A DNA stretch of 63,844 nt, filler included, from Choristocarpus tenellus KU-1152 (taxonomy: Eukaryota; Protista; Phaeophyceae), in the NCBI GenBank assembly GCA_964200185.2. It is 10 parts of 10 records of this genome, joined end to end, with 100 filler letters (N's around TTAATTAATTAA, not from the genome) between each part and the next. Parts side by side here need not be neighbours in the genome. Positions count along the whole stretch, not along the records: positions 11,356 to 27,689 come from CAXNAD020000840.1; positions 27,790 to 30,819 come from CAXNAD020022818.1; positions 30,920 to 34,953 come from CAXNAD020016569.1; 7 more parts are not named here. One strand, 5' to 3'. Of this stretch, positions 23,750-35,053 are shown piece by piece. Both the position numbers and the translations under genes were made by a program. Positions within the stretch are counted from its first letter, which is position 1; each line of letters starts with the position of its first letter. The notes below the pieces were generated by a model that made no database searches, was not told where the DNA came from, and saw only the letters and a program-made list of their open reading frames with translations.

Positions 23750-24295
23750 GCTCGCCAAGAAAACTTTAGACACCCACTACGAGGGCTCTCTTGACCCTCA
23801 TAGGCATAACCTCAACAACTTTGCAGTGGAAAGTTTTGGGCACCTCAGAAAGCAAGTGGATAGCTTTCTAGATGAAATAGCTATGCACGCAGTAGGGGGG
23901 AGGGGGATAGGAGGTTCTAGCAGGAAGGGGGCTGTCAAATCCTGTCTATGACAGATAGTTTCTGTCACAATACAGGTGGCCCTATCCAGACGGGTCTTGC
24001 GCTTTAAGCTGGAGACACCAGGGAGATGGGCAAGGAAGGGCTTGTTAGATTTGTGGGATGCCTCCCTAGCCCCTCACCCTGGTGTACAGGACTGAGCTAG
24101 GTTAGAGGCACGGGGAGGGAATGGTGTAGCATAGCTGGTAGTAAAATAGTGAGTAGATTAATGTTTTTCACATTTATGACTACTGTTACTTCTTTAGGGT
24201 TAGGGTTGTTCTAATGTGTGAATAGTTTTTGTTTTTGTTGATTTTTCCCCTGACACATATGCAAAATGTCAAGAGGGCATAATAATATATATATA
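23750..24295 (+). mobile_element. 3' end of CRE-like non-LTR retrotransposon: restriction-like endonuclease C-terminus, 3' UTR hairpin and TA-rich tail
   Basis: HYEGSLDPHRHNLNNFAVESFGHLRKQVDSFLDEIAMHAVGGRG...RKGAVKSCL*QIVSVTIQVALSRRVLRFKL (FAVESFG motif). It ends CCCCTGACACATATGCAAAATGTCAAGAGGGCATAATAATATATAT. Confidence 0.8.
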
Positions 24296-25037
24296 TCCTT
24301 TTCTTTCTGATTTTTTTAATTGCACCTACCTTTTTGGGGGGATATTAATAAATGATACCTTGAAGTAATACAGACTCTTGTTCCTCTGCTTTGTCAAATG
24401 TTCTCCTTTTGAAGTGATTCTTACCCATAATAGATAATTATTCATAATGTCAGTGGGCACAAAAAAGATGTACAGGTGCAGTAGATACCTATAAAATCAA
24501 TTTTTATTTTAGTACATAAAACACATAATATTCAGTTCTATGATAATAATTGGAAAATGTATTGTGAATGCTATTAAGTATGTTACATCATCACGCTAAA
24601 TAATATATTACATATATATTTCAAGTCCTACTGCAGTGACATTTGTCAAAAATGTGCAATTCCCATGCTCTCTCCTCCTTTTCTCAGCAAGGTCCACCCG
24701 ATGTAAGACCTGATCTCACCCCAGAACACACACCCTACAAGTATTTCTAGTATGAGACCACCTCTATGTTACGATAAAGTGGTAGATACTACTCCATAGA
24801 ACTCCAGAGAGTTTTTTTTTTAATAATTATCCACATTAGTCTCTGTCAAAGCGTTGTCAGAGGGTAGTTATGAGAACCGTAGTTATGAGAACCATTTCTC
24901 AAAAATAAAAGAACTTCCAAGAACAACATACGAACATTTAAAGCTTGAAGAAGGGAGAAAAAAAAAAGGGTTCCATATTATGCATCTCTAAAAAATGGAG
25001 GGGGAACCCAACAAAAAAAAATCAGGCACGAACTCAC

Positions 25038-26160
25038 CATCACCATCCAGTAGCGGGATGAACCACTTCATCAACACACAGGTATTGAACCACTATCAAA
25101 ACCTACTTGTTATTTTCACCACTGTGATCGAAACTTCAGTCTGGGACTAGGGTTCCATCTCCACCCCTGGTCAGAGACACAAACTTAGGCGCTACACCAC
25201 CTCTCATTTAAAAAAAAAAACTTCAACTGTTGCGCTAATATCACAACTAACAGCACTGCCCCCCATTCACCCCTTAGAATTTTTTATTTCATCTTGTGTG
25301 CGTTGGGTTCAGCCATCCCACACCACTCACCGCATTTGCGGCTTCCTCTCTCCTCAGCAAATACTCCGTGGTGATGAACTCTTTCCACACCATTTGGATG
25401 TTTTCACATGCCTTGTGCCTATAATTCATAGTAGTGAGAGGCAGGACAGTCCAGGTGTACAGTCTGTAGTCCTTGCCAAATGGTCCATCAAAACCTCATT
25501 TCCCGAAAAACAAAGTCTGCCAAGAACCAGGTTTGAACCGGCTCAAAAGTTCGCAGGAGTGCTGGTACTCAAACCATTGTTAAAGCAGTTCGAAGTTATC
25601 CAGGTAACTCAGAAGGTGCCTGTTCTGGGAGGTCAAGATTCACAGGGGATGCATTTCTCGGAATGGAGTCAGTGCCTGTGTGAACTGGAGACACAAAAAC
25701 AAGGTATACCTCTGACCTGCTCTGTGTGGACTCACACCAACGTTGGTGTTCTTTGAGACCAAGTTACTAGGGTATATTAACTTTTAGCTTCATCAGTTAA
25801 CTATTAGTTGCCCCAGTTGCTAAATTGAGCATTAACTGTTAATGACTCCTATGGGGATGCTTGTATGTGGGACCACGTGTGCAATGAAGACCAGGTTTGT
25901 ATCATTACTGCAAAATCTGAACTTTTTTTAAAAAATTATTAACGGACCTTATCAAAGTGCTTCCGAAACTGATGACACAAATTTTCAAAAAGGTTTGTAT
26001 TAACAACACATAACGAGGGTATAATCTCCACTCTTCATACTGACCTGCACTACTGACCAGCAACCCCAAGACATCAAGTACCGGAAAAGGCTTCGGGTTT
26101 CTCCACACTTTCCGAAATTGTAATAATATTCTTCAGGGTGTAGGTCGAAGTCGCCAGTTT
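25038..26160 (-). pseudogene. Intron-containing pseudogene of unknown product; exons ~26160-26045, 25675-25331, 25102-25038
   Basis: Canonical GT-AG boundaries in matching phase 0. Protein-like translation with four in-frame stops and no frameshift. Confidence 0.55.
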
Positions 26161-26565
26161 ATAATATTTCATAAATGAGAAATTTAAAAATCAGAGGTTG
26201 GGATACTTCATAAAAATCGTATTTTTAAAGGCAGCACAATTTTTTTTTGTTATCACAATATTGGTGTATACAGTGTGTGCCATTTTCAAAAATAATATCT
26301 ATTCTCAGACTTGCGGTTCTGTATTCATGGCAAAGAAAATGATACCATACCCCCAAAATGCTGATATGTATTCTGTTCACTGTTACAGCATACACATACA
26401 CACACAATTATATTCTCACTAAAACTATAAAAATGATGTTGTTTCTCAAGGATGTTCGAGAAACACATTTCTTTTTCATTTCTAACATCCATACATAAAG
26501 AAAGAGGGATAGAAAAAGAGAAAAAAGAAACAACACAATTCCACTGTTCTATTTCCTTACACATA

Positions 26566-26680
26566 CTCCCTCTGTCCCGTAAGTCTGTTCCTTTATACAT
26601 GTACCTCTTCACGATGACCTCCGATTTCAACACGGATTTCTGCGTCGGATTCCTCAGAAATATTTACGGAAGATGAGTTA
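26566..26680. mobile_element. Degenerate Stowaway-like MITE
   Basis: TA|CTCCCTCTGTCCC is a canonical Stowaway/mariner terminus. The right end is an imperfect inverted copy (TTTACGGAAGATGAG-TTA). Confidence 0.4.
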
Positions 26681-27604
26681 TATTTGAAGAGTATAGGAAG
26701 GTCTGGACCGTGTTGAAACATAGGCTACTCATCTTTTGTGTTTTGGAATGTAATACTCTGGAGTATTTATATATACAGAGGGGGAGGACAGGGGAACGGT
26801 GCAGCTTGACCATTTGACACATTATACATATCGAAAATCTCCCTTTTATTCAATTAAAATGTTACAAAAAAAAGTTCAAACAGGGTCGAAGTAATTTCGA
26901 TCATACTTGAGGTATTCAGCACAAGAGAGGATAGGTTGCTGATTGATTCAAGGCACCTTCACTGAGGTAAGCTATTTTAACACAGCAATCAATGACCCAA
27001 GCATTGATATGTAGTACAACCTCTATCAAGGGCAACCGCTCCTAGCAAAGAGACACAAAAACTACAACAGTGGTAACACAATTGGTCTCACAGAGGCATG
27101 CCAGCAGGAAAAGTGTCCTTGATTCCCCCACAGAGGGCAAAAAGCAGGCATCACCTCAGATCATACCTTTGATTTGAAATCAGATTAAACTTGAAGTTTA
27201 GAACCAGATTATACCTTCAATTTAAAATAACTCATATAGGAATAAATCGATCGATTTGCAGTAAGACCTGCAGATATTGCACCTCCCTTGTTTATTGAAC
27301 AACACATTATTACCCCAGGCATACCCTGCATCAGGGCAATGATTCAAAGGCCAACAATCAACCAAAGTCCCTTAGGACTACTACCAAAAGAGCAGTTACG
27401 TGCATAAAGACATCCACTATAACACTCAAAGGTGCTAGCTCTTGCATCTCTTCAAAAGCTTACCACAGACATAACCACAACTCCATACTGCAACCAAAAG
27501 CTAACCACTCCGTTTCAAGCAACGCATCGCATCACAAAAAATTAACGCACGTGCCTGCACCGCCAACACGCACTCTCGAGCAGAAAAAATCCAAGATAAC
27601 GCCT

Positions 27605-27645
<41 letters not shown>

Positions 27646-27933
27646 ACCCACACCACCACACACCCCCCCACCCCCCCCACACACCCACANNNNNNNNNNN
27701 NNNNNNNNNNNNNNNNNNNNNNNNNNNNNNNNNTTAATTAATTAANNNNNNNNNNNNNNNNNNNNNNNNNNNNNNNNNNNNNNNNNNNNCAAAAAAAAGA
27801 GTTTTTTCCCCGAAACGAATGCCCCCTCACAAACCCCCCCCCCCCCCCCCCCCCCATATACTTTGACCCCTCAGTGAGGCAACTTGAGATCTAACTGCTA
27901 CTAAGCACAATAAAGTTAATTATGTGGACCCCC

Positions 27934-29107
27934 TTAAACGTCCTCAAGCAGTAACTCATGAGCGTTGTGTGCACGAAAGGTGATCCGACCACCCTCAGTG
28001 CTTGACTCCCCAAAGTCCAATTTGCTGCCTACATTCTCACTCCCCCTTTCACTACTCTCACTGCTACTTTTGCCCCACACCTCTCTTTCCCCTGTGGGCA
28101 AATCTGTTGTTGGTGCACGGGATGGCTCTTTCCGTAACTGGAGGAGCTCTGTGATGGACGGTGGTTCTGATTGTGCATTGCCCTTGCCAAGCAAGAATGC
28201 CGACATTATCTCCCCTCCTTTCTGACCTGTTGAGAATCTTGTTGGGGCAGCAATGTTGTCATGGTCAAAATTGTCCAACCCATTATAACCTCCTCTCCTC
28301 TGGTGCTTCTTGTCTTCTCCCTCCCCCCCCTCCCCTGCCACTCCCCCCTCCCCTCCACCGCTCCATTCTTCATCACTTGGAATGTTCACAACAGAGCGCT
28401 GCACCTCAGGTTTCTGCCCTGAACCCACCACAGACCCTTCTACCATTTCTTTCGATTTGTGCTCCACAACCCCTGTGTGGCTGATGATACTGCCATTGTG
28501 TCTGCAATCATCTACAACTCCAACATCTTTCTCCAATTGCAGAATCAGCGAAACAGGCTGCAAGTCCTTAGTCAACACTTCTCTATTTGATATATCCTTG
28601 GATTCTGCTGCCTTCACAATCCGTTCTCCTTCCCCAAGACTACATACAGCATCAATGGGCCCCACCCCAGCAGTGCATAGGTCCTCAACCCCGCCACCTG
28701 CATGAGGACTAGTGAACACTCCTTTAACTCTCTGCTGCTGGTGCTGGCCTTCTCCCTTCACCTGGACAGTGCTTTCCTGATCTCTGGCTTTGGTCCGGTC
28801 TGGAAATGCCCATGGACCCTTGTTGCTATGGTAACTGACTCCTCCATCCCCATTGACTGTCACAGTCTCCCTCCCTGCGGCCCCGTCAATATTGTTACAT
28901 AGGGCTTTGCCCATTCCTGCCATTGTCAGTTTCTCCTCCCTCTGTGCTAGTTCCAAGTCCCGCCGAAGCTGAGACATGGTTTGTTCATTTCGCTGGAACA
29001 ACTCTGCCAGCTCTTCATCGATACCTTCACAGTCTCCTAGAACCTCAGCCGCAGTCTGGGGGTGCTTGCTGATGCTACCGTTACAGCTGTAGCTCGAGGA
29101 TTGGTGT
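27934..29107 (-). CDS. Terminal exon (~390 aa) of an unknown, largely disordered protein
   Basis: Open frame from AG acceptor at 29108 to TAA at 27934. Short coiled-coil-like segment (IDEELAELFQRNEQTMSQLRRDLELAQREE), then G/E/S-rich sequence. Confidence 0.7.
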
Positions 29108-30265
29108 CTAGTCGTGGAGATTAAGGGTCCATAAAGTTGACAAAAATAGAGAAGACCCCAGGGCCCAAAATGATATTTTGGGATGAGGGGCGGGCTGGGG
29201 GGTTAATAGGGTAGGAAATGACAATGTTGATAGAAGGAAAATGGGGCAAAAGAGGGTGAAGGGAAGGCAAAGTTTTATTTGTAACCACAACCCTAATGCA
29301 GACAGAGTAACTTGTCCTTTCTAGGGTTGTGGACTACTTGTCCTGTAGTGTGACAATCTCTTTCCAGTTTGGCAAACTTTCTGAATGAGTGTCCACTGCT
29401 GAAAATTGAGATCTTATAGACTGCTTGATGATGCCAAATCTGTAGACAAAAGGTAGAGATAAGTGATGGTCTTCTCATGGTACCTCTTGTCATATCATTT
29501 GCAAGCATCGCAGATATTGATAGGGTATGTTGGGCGGCGCTTGGCAAAAATGAAACCTTAGTACCGTTTTTACAGTGTTTTGGAGTACACCCTTACTAAT
29601 TTGTGCTGTTTCCTTCCAAATCTCTACCAGGTCAGGCAGAGGATAGCCTCTGGCGAGTACTTCCTTGCACGGTGAGGTGCTGCAAAGTGGAAACTGGTCT
29701 TCAACAATCAGTGAATATTCACAATACCTAACAACAAACGAAACAGTGTTTCAGAAGAGTTCTGAAGCACCTGTTTGGTTGAGACATTATCCTAACACAG
29801 AGTTCATACACTCCATTTTTTTCAAAGATGGCTTCTTCAACAGTAGCATGACCTGAAAAACAACCTCTGCAGAGTTGTCAGCAGCACATGATGATGGTGG
29901 CAGGGCAGTCCACACTCTGGTTCTTGGTGTGAACATGTACCAAAGCTACCTAGAATGTGACTCCATGAGAAAATGAGTGCAAAATATGCAACATACAATC
30001 TACCGCATGGTTTTGGGAGGTAAGCTATAATTTTTCTTATTTTACAAATATCTATAAAGAAAAAAAATAGCTTTTATATAATGTAGTAGTCAGGGGTGGT
30101 TAATCTTTTCGCATTCAAGGAATCCTGTAGTTGTCACTACAGCGTAAGAACACACAGATAAGAGAGCTGGAGTATTGTTGGGGGGAGGGTAATGCTGCTT
30201 TTTTGATAATGTTACACAGTGATAACTCAGGCGTGGCAAGGGCTTGTTTGTTAGGAAAGTTTATT

Positions 30266-30526
30266 GAGTCAAAGTACCTTAGGGTTAGGGTAGAGCCACG
30301 TCTGTATGGCGGCCAAAATCTAATGTTGCGATTTCGATGAAATTTTGACTGTCGTGTTTGTTAGGAAGTGTCAATATCCTTGGTCCGGACACACCTTTTC
30401 ATAAAGTGTACATTTTCCTACTCCAAAATGTTTCAGAGTGGGAAATATTAATAAAAAACTCGTGGGAAGCCAAGTCCCAAATGGACAAACAGGGCAAAAC
30501 TCGTACCCTCTAAGGTGTTTTCACCC
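30266..30526 (+). mobile_element. MITE family A copy with (TTAGGG)2 inside the left TIR
   Basis: GAGTCAAAGTACCTTAGGGTTAGGGTAGAGCCACG...CAAATGGACAAACAGGGCAAAACTCGTACCCTCTAAGG. Confidence 0.85.
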
Positions 30527-30641
30527 ATTGGGAATATAAAATGAATACTCGGTAGTTGGCCGGGATTGCTAATCCTGCAAACTTTCCAGATCTGTTTTTG
30601 TCTAGCCACCTATTTAGGGTTAATTGAAATAATTAATGAAA

Positions 30642-30819
30642 GGTTCAAAGCATCTGGGGGTGGCGTGGCGGCTGTCCATTTGGGGCCCATTTTTCCCATG
30701 TTGCGATTTTTGAGTGATTTGGTTGCATGTGTCCGATGGATAATGGACGTACACTTTTCCTGGTCAGGGCCCAAATGGACACCCCGGTGTAGACCCCCCC
30801 CCCCCCCCCCCGCCTATAG
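30642..30819 (+). mobile_element. MITE family B (right end lost in poly-C at contig break)
   Basis: Collinear with 58361-58541; GTCCATTTGG...CCAAATGGACACC. Confidence 0.8.
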
Positions 30820-30919
30820 NNNNNNNNNNNNNNNNNNNNNNNNNNNNNNNNNNNNNNNNNNNNTTAATTAATTAANNNNNNNNNNNNNNNNNNNNNNNNN
30901 NNNNNNNNNNNNNNNNNNN

Positions 30920-31120
30920 CAATTTGGCGTAGCCTGGATTTAACTACTCCTTTCCGGCAGTATCCTCCCGCTCCTCTCCCCTCTACCATGTGAGTAGCCA
31001 GCTCACCCAGGAAGCATTCCGCTTACTTGACGAGGCACCCAAAACCTTCCACCGCAAAGGTGTTGAGGTTGTAACTACGAGGATCAAAGGAGCCCTCGAA
31101 GTTCGTATTCAATTTTTTTT
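30920..31120 (-). mobile_element. Second CRE-like endonuclease-domain fragment
   Basis: NFEGSFDPRSYNLNTFAVEGFGCLVK*AECFLGELATHMVEGRGAGGYCRKGVVKSRLRQI, homologous to 23770-23960. Confidence 0.8.
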
Positions 31121-31269
31121 GTTCATGATGTAAAAATAGAAGATAAATATAGAAAGATCAATGTATGTGTTTGTTGTAATAATAGTATGGGATACAACAT
31201 ATAAGTAGAGTGGTGAATGGGGTGACATGGCCATCGCGTGCCTCGCTGGAGTGTAAAAAAAATGCTACC

Positions 31270-31415
31270 TGGTTAGCCATAGATGAATGTCCCATCTTGA
31301 CCGAACCCACTTGTTGGCCATGTACAACCAAGTTCGGATATCACTTAGTCCATGACCATCACTACTCAAAATGACCAAGGCTGCCAGCTAAACATGTACA
31401 ACCAAGTTAGAACTT
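31270..31415 (+). repeat. Dispersed repeat family D (also 46050-46210 on -, 55297-55530 on +)
   Basis: Shared internally repeated motifs CCATGTACAACCAAGTTC and CCATGRCCAYCACTACTCAA(C)ATGAC. Confidence 0.6.
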
Positions 31416-31591
31416 CCTTCTCCCTTCTTTCACGCTAACCCCCTGTGAGCCAAGACTCGAGTACTACTATTAAACCACAAAAAAACGCGATCGGGTAGCA
31501 GTAAGCACTCACCGTGCAGAGACAACCATGCATTTTGTAGAGGGGAGCTGCTACTTTGGAAGCACAGATATGATGGTGAGCACTCGATACT

Positions 31592-31848
31592 GAGTCAACG
31601 TGTTTTTGAGGGAGAGTCGTGTCCATTTGGGGTCCGAAATCCAATGTTGCAATTTTGATGTAATTTTGGCTATCATGTTTGCTAGGAGATGTCAATATCC
31701 TTGTTCCCGACACAACTTTCACAACAGGCATATTTTACATACTCCGAAACATTTTGGAGTTTGTAAAATGCCATTTAAAACCCGTGGGAAGCTAAGCTCC
31801 AAATGGACAAACAGGGCAAAACTCGTACCCTCTAAGGTACTTTCACTC
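31592..31848 (+). mobile_element. MITE family A, 257 bp, flanked by 4-bp direct repeat TACT
   Basis: TACT|GAGTCAACG...GTACTTTCACTC|TACT. Confidence 0.85.
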
Positions 31849-33186
31849 TACTCCGTGAGCATATACATTAGCATGATTGTTGGTATGTAGTAGTCAGCAT
31901 AGTGTAATACTGAGTCAAAGTAAACGAGAGGTACCCAAGATTGTACTTAGGATGCTGAAAAAAATGTGTAAAATTCCTTTTTTTTCTAATGAGTACGGAG
32001 TATTTTCTGAATTCTTTTGAAAATCTTCAAAAATTAGACAGATCAACGTTATCAAGTCTAATTTAGCACTCCATCCAAGGAATCACGGTGAAACGCAAAA
32101 GATTGAAAAACTGGCTAAAAAAGAAAAACGGGCGGAACGTGAGTACCTCTGGTATACTTTGGCTCACTGCTTTGAAGTAACAGTCTTGCTAGGGTTACCA
32201 CTTCACATTGATGAAAACAGGGAACAAATGTGGTTAATAACATTAGCAACTACTTCTCTACGACTTAAAAAAGACTGGGAGGGAGTACAACAATATAATA
32301 TACAATCATAATCGGTATACAATAAAAATATACATTCGTAATCAGTATTTACGTCTTGGTCGATCACCTCCAGAAAACATGACATTCATCATCTTAAATG
32401 TTATCATTATCTTAAAACGTATTCGTTACTATTTTTGCTGCTATTCTTTTGAGGGAAACATGCATGTAAAATAAACAGCTTTAAGAAGGCACGCTTGATT
32501 GCTGGGATAAAACATGGCTGAGAGGGTTCATGCTTCGGAGGTACAACATCAACAATGATGTACTTCAAAAAAAAAACTGTCCCCTTCTTCTTCTAGTCGC
32601 CGTCTCCTCTGCAGTTCCTCAACCACTACCCACATCAGAGAGTTCGAAACATGCTTTACCTACGAGTATTTAACATTCAATCTAACTCTGTTTGAGGTAA
32701 GTGCAATTTAAGGAATATACATCATTTCTTCAACTACCTACCGTGGAATCTACTGGCAAATGAAACAATTTGGCAGTTCACCACTGCGCCAAATGTGAGC
32801 AGCACCTTTCCAAAAGATTATGTCCCCCCCTCCCCCCCCCCCCTAAAACGTACAAAATTCATTGCTCACACACCTTTCCTAAGGGTAGAAGTTCGCAACC
32901 TATGCATGGCATTTTACTCTTGGAAGATACTCTGGAGAAGAACCTTTAGGAAAAATGTAACTCCCCACCGGTCAACTGAGGGATGTGGACCTCCAAAGCA
33001 CACAACCCATGAAGTGTATCATATCCGGATCTTTCCAAAACCCAACACTATCAAGACAAAACACCTGTTCAGCTGATATCTAACCCATTGGCTTGCAGGC
33101 AAACACATGAACACATGAACATGCAAACACACAAGCACGTAGCTGTTTGATTGTTTCACAGACCAGAAGGTGAGTGCTGTAATCAA

Positions 33187-33250
33187 TCGGCATCGGAGAT
33201 CGACATCGGAGATTGACATCGGAGATTGACATCAGAAATTGACTTCGGAG
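33187..33250. repeat. 13-bp minisatellite (ATCGGAGATTGAC) ~4.5 units
   Basis: Directly visible tandem repeat. Confidence 0.85.
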
Positions 33251-33660
33251 TACACTAGGTCTGAAAACAAAAAAAAACAACTAAGAGAGTCAAAGTCGCT
33301 GCTAGAGCTTGTGATCATCCTCGCACAAGTCAAGTGCTTGTTCTTTTTCCAATCAGAAAATAAAATAAAAAGGGAAAAATCGTGCACACGTGCGTATGTT
33401 GCGTGCAACCCAGCCCACACACCCTTGCTGCTGCTCACACCCGCACCCATAGCCAACCCAAACTCAGTGCAAGCTCTTCCTACCAATATATATATATATG
33501 TGTGTGTGTATATATATACGATTTCATCTCCCCCCCCTTCCCCCCACCTAAACAATGCAGAATTTATTCAAGGTACAGTGAGAGCTAAAGCTGCCAGAAC
33601 CAATAACAACCACCCTGGATACTCCCTACTTCTCCACACACTGAACAATCTATCACCGAC

Positions 33661-34161
33661 CTAACTTCTTCCCGACAACTTCCCCTCAGCTGCAAGAGGT
33701 GGAGATGAGAACATCGTCAGAGGACGTCCTTCTGCCCCACTCCCACCTCCTGCCCCACCCCCGCCTCCTGCCCCCCTTGCTCCCAAAGTCTCTCCAGGCC
33801 CACCAACTCGCACCCTTCCACCAGCTTCCATAGGTAGCTGCCTGCTCCTCCCTCCATCATCCAGGACGGGCAGGGCCAATGCCCTGTTTCCCCGTCGCTC
33901 AGATGATGCCCAAGTTCCTCCAGGTATGCTTGAGCTGTTACCACCACTGTGACGACCTTTGCTCCAGCCCTTCCTATTCTCTCCCTTGCGTGAGCCAGAG
34001 CAAGTGTTTGCCCGGGGGGGTCCTGTGTGTTTGGTGGTGTGTGGAACAGATGCGGGCCTACCTTCCTCCCAGCCTGAGGATGACATGGATGACTGGGCGA
34101 GGCTTGTGACCTTGCGAAGAAAGTTTGGAGGTAGGCCTAGAGATGAACCACACATAGGTCT
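33661..34161 (-). CDS. Probable exon of an unknown G/S/R-rich low-complexity protein (possible upstream exons near 34413-34497 and 34858-34953)
   Basis: 166-codon open frame preceded by TTTCAG acceptor. No recognisable domain, and splice phases were not resolved. Confidence 0.4.
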   Translation of the reverse strand, partial: RPMCGSSLGLPPNFLRKVTSLAQSSMSSSGWEEGRPASVPHTTKHTGPPRANTCSGSRKGENRKGWSKGRHSGGNSSSIPGGTWASSERRGNRALALPVLDDGGRSRQLPMEAGGRVRVGGPGETLGARGAGGGGGAGGGSGAEGRPLTMFSSPPLAAEGKLSGRS

Positions 34162-35053
34162 CTGAAAGGAAATATCGGAAAGTGTGGCGAGAGGATGGAT
34201 GCATCATGGCTTGTGATTTGCACAGTGTCTTTGATTCATTGGGGGGGGGGGGGGGGAATTGGGTGGAAAAATTTCAGAAAAAAAAAAAGGAAAAAAGGGT
34301 GGGGGAGGGGGGGCATATGAGTGACAAAGTTCCTGAAAATGAAAAGGACATAATGGTCGGGATAGGAGGTATATCAGAAAGACGATCATGTACATGTTCT
34401 TCATCATTTCACCCTAAGCTAAGGTCTGAGGGGAATGTATGCATAGAGGGCAACTCAGGGTGTTCACGGCTGTACCTCCTCCTTTCCCTACCTTGACTTG
34501 TGGGTGCATGCCCACATACGCAAGTGTGCATGTATGCATGAGTGCACGTTGTGTGATCAATGATTCATAGAAAAATATGAAGAACAAGGAGCCAAGCAAG
34601 CACATCATCCTCATTTTCCTTCCTCCCCAATCCCCCATACCATCCAGTGGAGTGCACAAAATGATAGCGAAGGTGACGATTTCTAATTAGAGAGGCTAAT
34701 GAACAAAGTTGTCCCAAACTCCCCTAAGACCCTCTTCTCCATACACCTTCACTCGACTCTTTTCCCACTAAAGACTCCCCCAGTACCTGAATGCGTCATT
34801 CCCTATCTACAAAAGCGTTGCGTTCATCACAAGTAGACATGCCCATCCCTCCTCTCACCTCAACCGACTGAGTCCCTTCGCTGACCTGGCTAAGCCATCT
34901 CATGTTCCCTCCCCGCTTCAGCACGGCAGATCTTGCACCACTCCCCTGTGGGTNNNNNNNNNNNNNNNNNNNNNNNNNNNNNNNNNNNNNNNNNNNNTTA
35001 ATTAATTAANNNNNNNNNNNNNNNNNNNNNNNNNNNNNNNNNNNNNNNNNNNN

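Noticed and set aside
25331-25675. Alternative genetic code (stop reassignment)
   Set aside because: The conserved genes in the window read without internal stops, and complete models end in TGA (NDUFB8) or TAA (RWP-RK, the 78-aa protein).
25298-25756. 152-aa plus-strand ORF as a gene
   Set aside because: Best explained as the antisense shadow of the spliced minus-strand pseudogene.
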